Below, piece after piece: positions 50,396 through 60,729 of a stretch of 64,000 nucleotides of DNA. The notes below the pieces were generated by a model that searched no databases, was not told the origin of the DNA, and was given only the letters and a program-made list of their open reading frames with translations. The stretch comes from an uncultured Candidatus Saccharibacteria bacterium (GTDB taxonomy: Bacteria; Patescibacteriota; WWE3; 2-01-FULL-39-13). The stretch is from NCBI GenBank assembly GCA_965230915.1, contig OZ246395.1, positions 12,019 through 76,018 of the forward strand, written 5' to 3'. The position numbers were made by a program, and so were the translations under genes. Within the stretch, counting starts at the first letter, position 1. The number at the start of each line of letters is the position of its first letter.

Positions 50396-50948
50396 GTCTT
50401 ATTTTATAATTTTGGACTAAATCTGTAAGTTTATCGTGAACCATTTCGGGCTTAGGAATAGCTCTGAATTCAAATTCAGTTTTTTCAGCGGCAGTTTGCA
50501 TCATAATATCTCCGTAGTCAAACAGAATTTGCCAGAAATTATGGGTTTCGAACGTTACATCTTCAACTTTGTTAAGAGTTGCTTCGGATACGCGCTTTGA
50601 CCAAAGGCCTCTAAAATCAATGTCGATTACTCGTCTGTCGGTGACTATATAAACGTTGTAGTACCAGATCAAAAAGGATTCAAAAGTAAAAAACATTACT
50701 ATTAGATACCATATTATCAAAAATATAATCTGATACTTTGCTGGAATTACAGCAAAGGGGTCTGCGAAATAAGCTTGTATTAGTGACATTGCAACTATTG
50801 GGGCGATTGCAAATATTAAAGCTGCAATTATCCAGGGGAGGTTAGTTATTGGGTGTCTTCTCATTAAAAAATAAAGGGTCTCGCCCTCTTCTTGAGAATC
50901 AAAAGTAATATTTTCTGGTCGTTCTATAAGTGCGCCAAGGTAACTCAT
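50379..50948 (-). CDS. membrane-flanked bacterial PH-domain protein (bPH_2/YdbS-like)
   Basis: Two TM followed by ...YIVTDRRVIDIDFRGLWSKRVSEATLNKVEDV... typical of bPH_2. Confidence 0.5.
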   Translation of the reverse strand: MSYLGALIERPENITFDSQEEGETLYFLMRRHPITNLPWIIAALIFAIAPIVAMSLIQAYFADPFAVIPAKYQIIFLIIWYLIVMFFTFESFLIWYYNVYIVTDRRVIDIDFRGLWSKRVSEATLNKVEDVTFETHNFWQILFDYGDIMMQTAAEKTEFEFRAIPKPEMVHDKLTDLVQNYKIRHGHTD

Positions 50949-50952
50949 ATTG

Positions 50953-51699
50953 CTAATTATAGCGTAAATCTCGGGCTAATGCGTAGGCTGTTACTTTGTT
51001 GGCATGGAAGTTTTTAAGTAATTTAGCGGATGTATTTAACGTTGCACCTGTTGTGCATACGTCATCAATTAGAAGTATATGTTTATTTCTTATTATTGGG
51101 ATCGACTCTTTTTTTAGATAAATGCTTGGCTTTTGCCTAGCTGAAGCTGAAAGTCTCTTTTGTTGTTTTGAAAAAGGTGCTTTGTAGAGGGCCTTATATA
51201 TTGGGATATTTAATACCACACTAATATATTCCGCTATAACGTCTACAGGCTCAGCTATCCTTGGTTTTAGGTGTTTTGGGCTAGGGGGTATTGGGATTAT
51301 TAGATCTGGTTTTGAATGCATAGTTACGGGTCTTAATAAAACTTTGATTTGTTCCGGCCTGGAGCTTTTTTGCCTTAGGATTCTTTTGGCTATTCCTTGG
51401 TATGAGTAGGTGTATGTAAAATTTGATATGTGCGAATATCTGCGGCAGAATTTATGGGTTTCGCCACTCGAACAAAGGTTTTCGCAAACAATACATAGGG
51501 GAAAATCATTTTCACATTCAGTTAGATGTTGTGCGCACGAAGGGCATATTTCGTAGCCAAATCTTTTGCACCCTATACATACTTTCGGAAATAGAAGGTT
51601 GAGAAAAGATTTCCGTGGGTTATCCACACTGCGAAACTTGCTGCCAGTAAGGGCTTTTGCCGCATTTAGTCCGATAGTTTTTCCGTTAACATGCCCCAT
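50953..51699 (-). CDS. comF: competence protein ComF (phosphoribosyltransferase-like)
   Basis: N-terminal Cys4 zinc finger (CIGC...CPSC) and a C-terminal PRTase motif ILLIDDVCTTGATL. Confidence 0.7.
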   Translation of the reverse strand: MGHVNGKTIGLNAAKALTGSKFRSVDNPRKSFLNLLFPKVCIGCKRFGYEICPSCAQHLTECENDFPLCIVCENLCSSGETHKFCRRYSHISNFTYTYSYQGIAKRILRQKSSRPEQIKVLLRPVTMHSKPDLIIPIPPSPKHLKPRIAEPVDVIAEYISVVLNIPIYKALYKAPFSKQQKRLSASARQKPSIYLKKESIPIIRNKHILLIDDVCTTGATLNTSAKLLKNFHANKVTAYALARDLRYN

Positions 51700-51820
51700 A
51701 GCTAATATATTAATCGTAGTAAATCACAAATCTTTTAAAGGAATTTATCAGCTTAATAACTTAAATTTATCAAATTAGTGATGAAATAAACTTAATATGT
51801 AGTATGATAGGAAGGTATTT

Positions 51821-53710
51821 ATGAAAGACAGAAATAGCGCACAACAAAGCAATAAATCCAATAAAAGTAAAAAAGATTTTCAATTTAAATTTACGATTAA
51901 TCCATTTGTTCTATTAACTATCGCAATAATGATATGGAGTCTTTTGACATGGGTAAATAGCCCGCTAATGACTGAGGTGCCAGAAGAAGTTCCGCTTAAT
52001 ACTATTATAGAAGGCATTAAAAAAGGCGATGTTGAGAAAGTTGTTATTGAAGCCAATACCTTAAGTATAGATATGAAAAATGGCGATAAGGTTAAGGCTA
52101 TGAAAGAATCTAACGTAAGTTTTTATGAATTATTGGCCCTGCAAAATATCGATGCAAATACAGTTCCTGGTGGTATTTATGAAAAACAGGCTGTTCCATG
52201 GGTAGAGATTTTAGGAAATTTAGCTATACCATTATTAGGCTTGGGTGTTTTGATTTGGGTATTTATGAGGGCGACTAAGTCTAATGGCGGGTTATTTAGC
52301 ATAGGCAAATCAAAAGCTCGTCTATTTGAAAAAAACAATCAGAATAAAATTGGTTTTGCTGATGTGGCAGGTGCAAATGAAGTTAAAGGTGAGCTTGTCG
52401 AAGTTGTTGATTTTCTAAAGAATCCGGATAAATATATAAAACTTGGGGCAAGAATTCCTCGTGGGGTTTTATTGATTGGTCCAGCTGGAGTAGGAAAAAC
52501 TTTACTTGCTCGTGCAACCGCGGGCGAAGCCAATGTTCCTTTTTATTCTGTAGCGGGTAGTGAATTTATCGAGATGATTGTCGGAGTTGGTTCTTCCCGT
52601 GTGCGCGATTTATTTGCTATGGCGAAGGAGACCGCGCCATCTTTAATTTTTATTGATGAAATTGATGCGATTGGCCGACATCGTGGAAAATCTATGGCTA
52701 TGAGTAACGACGAGCGCGAACAGACTTTAAATCAGATTCTTGTAGAAATGGACGGGTTCGATAGCCGTACTAGTGTTATTGTGATTGCCGCAACTAACAG
52801 ACCTGATATGTTAGACCCTGCACTTGTCCGTCCTGGCCGTTTTGATAGACATATAAAGTTGGAACTTCCAGATATAAAAGAGCGTGAAGAAATTCTAAAG
52901 ATACATATGAAAGGTAAGCCTTTTTCTGAGGATGTAAGTCTAGAAAGGCTTGCTCGTCAGACTGTCGGGTTTAGTGGCGCTGATATCGAAAACATGCTTA
53001 ACGAAGCGGCAATTTTAGCTGCAAGAAAAAATGCCATAGTTATTACTCCTAAAGATTTAACAGAAGCTTCTACTAAAGTGAAAATGGGTCCTGGAAGAAA
53101 ACTTTTACAGACCGATCAGGAAAGAAGCGTTATTGCTTATCACGAAGCTGGTCACGCATTGGTTGGTTCGTTAAACGAACACGCTGATCCGGTTAATAGA
53201 ATTTCTATTGTTTCTAGAACTACAAGTCTTGGGCACACTGAATTTTTACCTAAGAGTGAAATGTCGAACCAAAGCAAAAATAAATTGCTCGCTTATATTG
53301 AAAGCTTAATGGGAGGGCGTGCAGCCGAGGAGCTAATATTTAATGAAGAAACAGTCGGTGCTGCGGGAGATATTGAGCGCGCAACTTATATTGCTCGCAA
53401 GATGGTTACTGATTTTGGTATGAGTCCTCTTGGCCCGGTAAATCTTGTTAGCGATAATTATGCGATGTATGAAGGCGCTCAGAATAAGGCCTTGGGCTAT
53501 AGTGATAAAGTTGCAGAGCAAATTGATATGGAAGTTCAAAAAATTATTTCTGAACAGTTAGAAAAAGCTAAGAAAACCCTGAAAGACAACAGAAAAATGC
53601 TTGATCGAATTGCAAATGAATTATTAGAACGAGAGACCCTAGAGCAAGATGAATTTGAAGCAATAATGAAAGAAGAAGGCGCAGAAATAAAACCTCACAC
53701 TTACCTATAA
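51821..53710 (+). CDS. ftsH: ATP-dependent zinc metalloprotease FtsH
   Basis: Two N-terminal TM, AAA Walker [19 protein letters not shown] zinc motif. Confidence 0.95.
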   Translation: MKDRNSAQQSNKSNKSKKDFQFKFTINPFVLLTIAIMIWSLLTWVNSPLMTEVPEEVPLNTIIEGIKKGDVEKVVIEANTLSIDMKNGDKVKAMKESNVSFYELLALQNIDANTVPGGIYEKQAVPWVEILGNLAIPLLGLGVLIWVFMRATKSNGGLFSIGKSKARLFEKNNQNKIGFADVAGANEVKGELVEVVDFLKNPDKYIKLGARIPRGVLLIGPAGVGKTLLARATAGEANVPFYSVAGSEFIEMIVGVGSSRVRDLFAMAKETAPSLIFIDEIDAIGRHRGKSMAMSNDEREQTLNQILVEMDGFDSRTSVIVIAATNRPDMLDPALVRPGRFDRHIKLELPDIKEREEILKIHMKGKPFSEDVSLERLARQTVGFSGADIENMLNEAAILAARKNAIVITPKDLTEASTKVKMGPGRKLLQTDQERSVIAYHEAGHALVGSLNEHADPVNRISIVSRTTSLGHTEFLPKSEMSNQSKNKLLAYIESLMGGRAAEELIFNEETVGAAGDIERATYIARKMVTDFGMSPLGPVNLVSDNYAMYEGAQNKALGYSDKVAEQIDMEVQKIISEQLEKAKKTLKDNRKMLDRIANELLERETLEQDEFEAIMKEEGAEIKPHTYL

Positions 53711-53765
53711 TAATCCGATTTAGGATCTTGCCCGTATATCCACTAGTAGGTATCTTAGATAAATA

Positions 53766-53780
53766 ACACAATATATTGAG
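53766..53780. promoter_or_regulatory. candidate NrdR box upstream of nrdR-nrdJ
   Basis: aCACAATATATTGag palindrome resembling the NrdR operator consensus (acaCwAtATaTwGtgt), about 35 nt upstream of the nrdR start. Confidence 0.4.
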
Positions 53781-53812
53781 CCGAAGAAAACACGTAGCCC
53801 ATTAGAATAAAC

Positions 53813-54256
53813 ATGCAATGTCCATTCTGTAAGACAAAAGAAACGAAAGTAATTGATAAACGTGATAGTGAAGACGGGACAGTTTCTAGGCGAAGAAGAG
53901 AGTGTACTGAATGTAAAAACCGTTTTACAACTTACGAAAAAATTGAATCTCTTTCAATTAAAGTTGTTAAAAGCGATGGCACTTTACAAGATTATGATCG
54001 TTCTAAATTAATACGTGGAGTTGGTATTTGTGCCCAAAAAAGATTATCACCCGATGAAATTGAAAAGTTTGTAGACGATATTGAAATGGCTATTTTAAAT
54101 AGAAAGTCGACCAAAATATCTTCTAGTGAAATTGGTCGTTTAGTACTTAACAAACTAAAGGAAATCGATAAAGTTGCATATTTAAGGTTCGCGAGTGTGT
54201 TTCTTGAATTCGAAGACGTCAATGAATTCAAGGATGAGCTTAAGAAGCTCGAGTAG
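53813..54256 (+). CDS. nrdR: transcriptional repressor NrdR
   Basis: MQCPFC....V.D.R......RRRRECTECKNRFTTYE zinc ribbon plus an ATP-cone. Confidence 0.9.
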   Translation: MQCPFCKTKETKVIDKRDSEDGTVSRRRRECTECKNRFTTYEKIESLSIKVVKSDGTLQDYDRSKLIRGVGICAQKRLSPDEIEKFVDDIEMAILNRKSTKISSSEIGRLVLNKLKEIDKVAYLRFASVFLEFEDVNEFKDELKKLE

Positions 54257-54279
54257 TATTTTATTTTTTATTCAATCAA

Positions 54280-56847
54280 ATGCCTAAGATGAAAAAGAAA
54301 GTTCTTTCTGTAAAAGAACAAACATACACAAGTTTATCTACTGTTGATGAAATTCAAATGGATAACAACGCAAAAGAAATTTTTATGCGTCGTTATGCAT
54401 TAAAAAATGATGAAGGTAAACCTCGTGAAACGATCGAAGAAGCCTTTATGCGTGTCGCTAGTCACATTGCCGATGGAGAAAAATCCAAGAAATTAAAAGA
54501 CGACTACACTTCTTACTTTTATAAATTAATGGCCGAAAAAAGATTCGTGCCGAATACTCCAACCTGGTCGGGTTCCAAAACTAAATTAGGCCAGCTTGCT
54601 GCATGTTTTGTTCTTCCAATTCTTGATGATATGGGTTCTGCACGTGGAGGAATTTTTGATACGCTAAAAAATGCTGCATTAATTCAACAAACTGGAGGAG
54701 GTAATGGGTTTTCATTTTCAAGATTACGTCCCAAAGGTGATCGTGTTAGCGCGAGTAATGGGGTTGCGAGCGGTCCTGTAAGCTTTTTAGAAGCTTATGA
54801 CAAAGCATTTGGTCAGATTGCACAGGGTGGAACAAGACGTGGTGCAAATATGGCAGTCTTAAGAATAGATCACCCGGATGTTCGTGAATTTATTCGTTCT
54901 AAAGCTGAAGAAGGTAAAATTGCCAACTTTAATATTTCGGTTGGAGTCACAGATAAATTCATGAAAGCTTTGAAGGAAGACGGCGATTTTGAATTGATTA
55001 ATCCAAGAAACGGAGCTGTTGTAGAAACCGTAAAGGCTAAAGAATTATTCGACGAAATTGTTGAATATGCTTATCGAAATGGTGAACCTGGTGTTTTATT
55101 TTTAGACGCCGCAAATAGGCAAAATCCTGTACCAAATCAGTATGAACTTGAAGCTACAAATCCTTGTGGCGAACAGTGGTTAGGACCATACGAAAACTGT
55201 TGTTTAGGTCACGTAAATATAAATGCTTCGGTTATTGATGGAAAAATGGACTGGAATCACCTTCGTGAAACTGTAGTATTAGGAACCCGCTTTTTAGATG
55301 ATGTGGTTACTCAAAATGCATACGTGCCTGCTGTGCCTGAATTAAAAGAAGCTGCACACAAAAATCGACGTATCGGCTTGGGATATATGGGATTAGCAGA
55401 TGCAATGTACAAGTTGGGAATTAGGTATGGAAGCAAAGAAAGTTTGGATTTTGCTTCTCAGGTAACTGAATTTGTCAGATACCATTCAATGTTAACGAGC
55501 GTAGAATTAGCACAAGAAAAAGGAGCTTTTCCTGGAATAAAAGGTAGCATTTACGATCCTGAAGATGTGAAATGGGCTATTCCAACTTCTTTAGTCGAAT
55601 ACAATTTAGATTTAGAAAGACCGAGACTAGATTGGAACAAAGTTTATACAGGTATCAAAAAATTTGGAATTCGAAATTCAACACAGACAACAATTGCTCC
55701 AACTGGAACAACTGCAACTGTTTATGGGTTAGAAGGTTATGGATGCGAGCCGGTGTTTGCTTTGGCTTATTACAGAAATGTCTATCAATCAGCTGGTGGA
55801 GATAAAAATCTTCAATTAACTTATGTTAGCCCTTCATTTGAGAAAGCTTTAAATGATAGTGATCTAGATGAAGCTACAAAGAAACAAATTATCGAAGAAT
55901 CAATTAATCAGGGAACAATTCAACATTTAGATAATGTTCCAGAAAATATTAAAAATACATTTGTTGTGTCTGCTGATATTACTGCCGATGAACATGTTTG
56001 GATGCAAGCGGTTATTCAAAGATTTATTGATAATTCGATTTCTAAGACATGTAACTTCCCTGAAGGTGCAACCAAGGAAGACGTTAAAGAGGCTTATCAG
56101 AAAGCTTGGGATTTAGGATGCAAAGGTTTGACCGTTTATGTAACTGGTTCACGTCAGGAAGTTGTTTTAGAAACTAAAGCTACAAAAGATAAAAAAGCTG
56201 GAAGCGAAGCTGCCGCTGAGGTTGTCGAAGAATTTGAGGCAAAACGGCCAAGACCAAGTGTTGTTGTTGGGCGAACACATGAGATTTCAACTCCATTTGG
56301 AAAAGCTTTTATTACTGTTAACAGAAATGGTGCAACAGGCCGACAACCATTCGAAGTCTTTATAACCATTGGTAAATCAGGAACCGATGCTGCTGGGTAT
56401 GCAGAAGCATTAGGCCGCTTAATCAGCGGATGGTTGAGAAGTTCGAAAGATCCAAATAAAGCTTTAGAAGAAGTAGCTCATCAACTACGTGGAATTGGGG
56501 GCTCGACAAGCATCGGATTTGGAATTGGAAGAGTTAGCAGTATTCCAGATGCAGTAGCTAAAGTTTTGATTAACGAATTGAACTTAAGTCATAAATTAGA
56601 AGGTAATTCAGAGAATATGTTATTAGAAACTGGAGAAGATTATCGTCAGGACAGTTTATTCGAAAAAATTTCTGTTGACGCTACATCTAGCGCTCCAGCA
56701 GAAGCTGCTGTCGGTTCTTCAGCTGTTTCAAAGTCTTTAGGTGCAGTATTTAAGAATGCATCGGTTTGTCCAGAGTGCAATAATTTGACTCTGATCGAAA
56801 CTGAAGGATGCGTAAAGTGCAGTAATTGCGCTTACACTCGTTGCTAA
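54280..56847 (+). CDS. nrdJ: class II (adenosylcobalamin-dependent) ribonucleotide reductase NrdJ with C-terminal Cys4 zinc ribbon
   Basis: RNR barrel motifs (LAACFVLPI.DDM, TGGGNGFSFSRLRPKGD, NPCGEQ), C-terminus CPECNN...CVKCSNC. Confidence 0.85.
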   Translation: MPKMKKKVLSVKEQTYTSLSTVDEIQMDNNAKEIFMRRYALKNDEGKPRETIEEAFMRVASHIADGEKSKKLKDDYTSYFYKLMAEKRFVPNTPTWSGSKTKLGQLAACFVLPILDDMGSARGGIFDTLKNAALIQQTGGGNGFSFSRLRPKGDRVSASNGVASGPVSFLEAYDKAFGQIAQGGTRRGANMAVLRIDHPDVREFIRSKAEEGKIANFNISVGVTDKFMKALKEDGDFELINPRNGAVVETVKAKELFDEIVEYAYRNGEPGVLFLDAANRQNPVPNQYELEATNPCGEQWLGPYENCCLGHVNINASVIDGKMDWNHLRETVVLGTRFLDDVVTQNAYVPAVPELKEAAHKNRRIGLGYMGLADAMYKLGIRYGSKESLDFASQVTEFVRYHSMLTSVELAQEKGAFPGIKGSIYDPEDVKWAIPTSLVEYNLDLERPRLDWNKVYTGIKKFGIRNSTQTTIAPTGTTATVYGLEGYGCEPVFALAYYRNVYQSAGGDKNLQLTYVSPSFEKALNDSDLDEATKKQIIEESINQGTIQHLDNVPENIKNTFVVSADITADEHVWMQAVIQRFIDNSISKTCNFPEGATKEDVKEAYQKAWDLGCKGLTVYVTGSRQEVVLETKATKDKKAGSEAAAEVVEEFEAKRPRPSVVVGRTHEISTPFGKAFITVNRNGATGRQPFEVFITIGKSGTDAAGYAEALGRLISGWLRSSKDPNKALEEVAHQLRGIGGSTSIGFGIGRVSSIPDAVAKVLINELNLSHKLEGNSENMLLETGEDYRQDSLFEKISVDATSSAPAEAAVGSSAVSKSLGAVFKNASVCPECNNLTLIETEGCVKCSNCAYTRC

Positions 56848-56890
56848 TATTACTTGTGAATATTAGTCCTGGGCAGGGACGGTTAACGAA

Positions 56891-56917
56891 GGCGGAGCAT
56901 AGTCTCCGCCTTTTTTA
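56891..56917 (+). terminator. Rho-independent terminator after nrdJ
   Basis: ggcggag-cata-gtctccgcc followed by TTTTTT. Confidence 0.6.
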
Positions 56918-57087
56918 ATTTCGTGAGAAGTTTACAAGCTTCGAAACGAAATGAGATTCGCGTACATTAGTACGTGAAGATTCAATCTTTGTGAACGAAT
57001 TTTAATTTCATTGTTCAAAATATTTAATCTCCTCCAGATAAGCTTTGAAAGTAGTGTAAATATTTCAACCTTAAGGAGGTGAGTATA

Positions 57088-57699
57088 GTGCGAAAAATAT
57101 TTTTGAGTTTAGCTTTGATTTTATTGAGCTCGGCTTCTTTATTTGGAGTTGCATCGGCGGCATTCGAAGAGAAGGTCAGCGTGTTAGGTACTTCGTTTAC
57201 CATTGGAGAAATGAGTGACGTGCCAGCTCCTGTTAATAGCAATACTGCCTTAAAAATCTTAAAGAGCAATTCATCAGGCTCAGATAGCAGTAACTTAGCT
57301 GATACAGTAAATGGGCCAGCATTTAATGATGTGAATCAGACTTGGACGCAAACATTTCCAATTAAATTGTTCAATAAAGGTAGTAAAACCTTAACAATTG
57401 CCAGTGGGGCTAATTACATTTCTGATCCGGATACATTGCGAGACGATTTATTTGTAGAAATCTTAGATTGGAATGATGCTAACAGTAACGGAACAGTAGA
57501 AGAAAGTGAACTCGGCGCATCTCATGGTCACGATACTATTTTAAGAATGAAAAACGATACGTTTAATATGGGAGATATTTCTGCGAACGAAGTTAAAGGA
57601 TATGCTTTACGCTTCGATGGAAGCGGTTTAAGCGAAGCAAATGTTGGAAAGAATGCTGTGTATGATTTTGTATTTACGGCCGTTGAGAAAGCGTTATAG
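57088..57699 (+). CDS. secreted protein with SipW-cognate-type signal peptide (TasA/camelysin-like candidate)
   Basis: Strong SD AAGGAGGTG; signal MRKIFLSLALILLSSASLFGVASAAF followed by EEKVSVLGTSFTIGE, reminiscent of the TasA N-terminus; directly upstream of the sipW-like gene. The track start at 57079 overlaps the SD. Confidence 0.45.
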   Translation: MRKIFLSLALILLSSASLFGVASAAFEEKVSVLGTSFTIGEMSDVPAPVNSNTALKILKSNSSGSDSSNLADTVNGPAFNDVNQTWTQTFPIKLFNKGSKTLTIASGANYISDPDTLRDDLFVEILDWNDANSNGTVEESELGASHGHDTILRMKNDTFNMGDISANEVKGYALRFDGSGLSEANVGKNAVYDFVFTAVEKAL

Positions 57700-57738
57700 T
57701 GGTTATTTCCGGCATCCCTAAAGGATGCCGTTGAAAAA

Positions 57739-58338
57739 ATGAAATACATTTTCAAATTTATTTTATCTATATTGGTGCTTTTTATTGGAGCACTACTTTA
57801 TTTTTCGAGCGGCTCAAATAATTTAGACCAGAAATTTTATGTAGTTTCATCTGATTCAATGAGCCCAAAGCTTAGTAAGGGGGATTTGATAATCGAAAAA
57901 CCTGCCAGTGATTTAGCCGTTGGTGATATTGTGAGCTTTAAGTCTCCAAATGACCAAAATACTTTTATAACACATCGTATTGTTCGGGAATCTTTTGAAG
58001 ATGAACCGTTTTATACAACAAAGGGTGATAACAATTCCGCGGAAGATCCATGGAGAATCTCTTCAGACATGGTTGTAGGAGAAATTTCGTGGTCTTTGCC
58101 GCTAATTGGATATCCGATTTTATTTTTGAAAAGCTCCGTCGTTTATTTATATATTCTTGGCGGGTTTATTTTGCTGATGGGTTTTATTGAAATAAATTCT
58201 TTGAGCGCTGAAATCGCTTACGAGTGGGAAAGAAAAGAAAGTTACCGTTGGTATAGAAAAATCAAAAAATATATTTATAGAATTGATAATTTTATGGGGA
58301 AATTTAATGCTAATAAGATCGAAAACGCTCCGAATTAA
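57739..58338 (+). CDS. sipW: signal peptidase I, SipW/Sec11 (S26B) type
   Basis: N-terminal TM, SDSMSPKLSKGD (catalytic Ser), ...GDNN..D box, C-terminal TM. Confidence 0.7.
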   Translation: MKYIFKFILSILVLFIGALLYFSSGSNNLDQKFYVVSSDSMSPKLSKGDLIIEKPASDLAVGDIVSFKSPNDQNTFITHRIVRESFEDEPFYTTKGDNNSAEDPWRISSDMVVGEISWSLPLIGYPILFLKSSVVYLYILGGFILLMGFIEINSLSAEIAYEWERKESYRWYRKIKKYIYRIDNFMGKFNANKIENAPN

Positions 58339-58430
58339 CGGAGCGTTTAAAAATTTAATCGATTAATAACTTTCCCGCTAGCAGGGAAAGGCAATTGTGT
58401 TTTAAACACAATCACGTAAAAACCTAAGTT

Positions 58431-58703
58431 TTACTTAACAGCATCTTTTAATGGTTTTGCTGTCTTGAATGCAACTGCATTTCTTCCTGGAATGGTGATT
58501 TTTGCACCAGTCTGTGGATTTCTTCCTTCTCTTGCAGCACGTTTTCTAACTTCGAAAGTTCCGAGTCCAGATAACTGAACTTTTTCACCTTTTACTAGTG
58601 TTGAGCTGATATTATCAACCATTGCATCTACGATTCTGCGAACCTGTGCTTTTGGCATATCTAATTCAGTTGAAAGGTTTACTACTAATTCTGCTTTTGT
58701 CAT
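58431..58703 (-). CDS. hup: DNA-binding protein HU
   Basis: MTKAELV...GFG.F.V..R..R.GRNP.TG motif; SD GGGAGGTG; the track ORF with a TTG start at 58751 is a 5' extension. Confidence 0.85.
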   Translation of the reverse strand: MTKAELVVNLSTELDMPKAQVRRIVDAMVDNISSTLVKGEKVQLSGLGTFEVRKRAAREGRNPQTGAKITIPGRNAVAFKTAKPLKDAVK

Positions 58704-58892
58704 TTTAAAATTCACCTCCCTTTTTAATTTAATATCCTTGCGGATATACAAAACTTAAATATTGATACATGGGATTATTCACGCATCAATGTTAGATGTA
58801 ACATAACGCTGAAAGTGTTGAACTGTCAATCTTTTTTGAATACTATATTCTTTTTAGTTGATGTTTCAACGTTTTACATTTGTCGACAAAAA

Positions 58893-58916
58893 AAGCCGCG
58901 ATGTACGCGGCTTTTT
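58893..58916 (-). terminator. bidirectional Rho-independent terminator after rny
   Basis: aagccgcg-atgta-cgcggctt flanked by A-run and T-run. Confidence 0.5.
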
Positions 58917-58935
58917 CGAGGGGCTAATTTATTTT

Positions 58936-60480
58936 CTAAGTTGCAGTTGCGACTGATCTTAGTTCGCGAATCACAACAACTTTTACAGTTCCGGGGAATG
59001 TTTGTTCATTTTCAATTTTTTGTGCGATGTCATGTGAAAGTTTTACGGCTTCAACGTCATTGATATCTTCAGGCTTAACAATTACGCGAACTTCGCGTCC
59101 AGCAGAAATTGCGAATGCTTTATCAACACCTGGGAATGATTTTGCAGCATCTTCTAAAGTATTCATACGTTTTAAGAAGCTTTCATAATCTTCGTAACGT
59201 GCACCAGGACGTGAACCTGAAATAGAGTCGGCAATTTGTACTATAACTCCTTCTATAGAAGAAGGTTTATCGTTATGGTGGTCAGCAACCGCAGCCAAAA
59301 CTGGTTTAGGAATATTAAATTTTCTTAAATATTCAACCCCAAGTTCAATATGGTTCCCTTCTTTATCAGTAATGACTTTTCCAATATCATGCAATAAACA
59401 TGCAAGCTTTGTGATTGCAACATCTGCTCCAATTTCATTAGCAATTTTTACTCCAATTTGAGTTTCTTCTAATGTATGTTGGATCATGTTTTGACCGTAA
59501 GAAGTTCTATATTTGAAAATACCTAATTTTTTAACAAGTTCTTTTGGAAGATTAAATACTCCAACTTTTGCACAGAGTTCTTCTCCTGCCTGTGTAATTA
59601 TTTTGTCTAGGTTTTCTTGTGTTTTCTGAATAACTTCTTCAATTCTGGCTGGATGAATTCTTCCATCTTTAATTAAAGTTTCCATCGATAGGCGGGCGAC
59701 TTCACGTCGAATAGCGTCAAAGCTAGAAATTCTTAATTCGCCACCTTCTTCAAAATCGATATTAACACCTGTTAAGTCTTCGAATGTGCGAATGTTACGA
59801 CCTTCTTTACCGATAATTCTTCCTTTAACTTCTTCATCTGGAAGTTTAACTGTTGAGATTGTGTATTCGGGAACGTAGTCTGTTGAACCATGCTGCATAG
59901 CTTCAACTAGAAGTTCTTTAGCCTTAGTATCAACTTCGAGCTGGATTTTTTCTTCAGATTCTTTGATCTTTCTTGCAACTTCGTTGTTTAAGGTTGCTTC
60001 GAGGTTGTCTAAAATCAGTTTTTTAGCCTCATCTTTTGTTAGAGATGAAATGCTTTCTAATTTATCAACTTGCTCTAGACGGAGTTTTTCAATTTCTTCA
60101 TTTTTCTTTTGCCATTGGCCTTGAAGAGATTTGAGCTGGTTTTCTTTGTTCTCGGACTCTTTTATTTTGTTATTGAGTTCGTCTAGCTTATTTTCAAGCC
60201 TTTTTTGATCTTCAGCGGCTTTGTTTCTGATAGTTTGAGCTTCTTCGTCTGCTCGTTCTTTGATTTTTAGAGCTTCATCTTTTGCATCTAAAACAATCTG
60301 CTTAGCCTTATTTTCAGCTTCTTTAACTAATTGCTCTACTTGTGGGGGTGCTGTGACTATAGGAGTTTCTGCAGTCGCAGTTCTTTTAGGGTTAGCCTGG
60401 GTTTTGGTTATCAAGAAATACACCAAAGCGGCGCTACCAAAAGTGCTTATTAATACGATTATGAGCGTATCTATTGGCAT
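58936..60480 (-). CDS. rny: ribonuclease Y
   Basis: N-terminal TM, coiled coil, KH domain (GRIIGKEGRNIR), HD domain (LLHDIGK). Confidence 0.9.
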   Translation of the reverse strand: MPIDTLIIVLISTFGSAALVYFLITKTQANPKRTATAETPIVTAPPQVEQLVKEAENKAKQIVLDAKDEALKIKERADEEAQTIRNKAAEDQKRLENKLDELNNKIKESENKENQLKSLQGQWQKKNEEIEKLRLEQVDKLESISSLTKDEAKKLILDNLEATLNNEVARKIKESEEKIQLEVDTKAKELLVEAMQHGSTDYVPEYTISTVKLPDEEVKGRIIGKEGRNIRTFEDLTGVNIDFEEGGELRISSFDAIRREVARLSMETLIKDGRIHPARIEEVIQKTQENLDKIITQAGEELCAKVGVFNLPKELVKKLGIFKYRTSYGQNMIQHTLEETQIGVKIANEIGADVAITKLACLLHDIGKVITDKEGNHIELGVEYLRKFNIPKPVLAAVADHHNDKPSSIEGVIVQIADSISGSRPGARYEDYESFLKRMNTLEDAAKSFPGVDKAFAISAGREVRVIVKPEDINDVEAVKLSHDIAQKIENEQTFPGTVKVVVIRELRSVATAT

Positions 60481-60729
60481 TTTTATTTACAGAAGGTTGT
60501 CGGGTTTAGTCTAGGCTATAGAAAAGGTATCAATCTTAAGTTTTTAGCTATTTAATTGATTTGTTAATAATTTTGTCTTAATAACCATTTTTCTTTGATC
60601 CTTTTAATAAGTTGTTCTATGGCCGGTTTCCAGGCGGCTTCCAGGTCTAGTTCTAGGCTAAAATCGAGGCTTCTGGCCTTTATATCTAACTAATTAATAT
60701 TCAAGAAACATTCGATACTAACCGATATT

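Noticed and set aside
58704-58751. TTG-initiated 16-codon extension of the HU gene
   Set aside because: The canonical HU N-terminus MTKAEL is preceded by an excellent SD (GGGAGGTG) at the right spacing
60260-60514. Plus-strand ORF antisense to the rny 5' region
   Set aside because: Shadow ORF within a well-supported RNase Y gene
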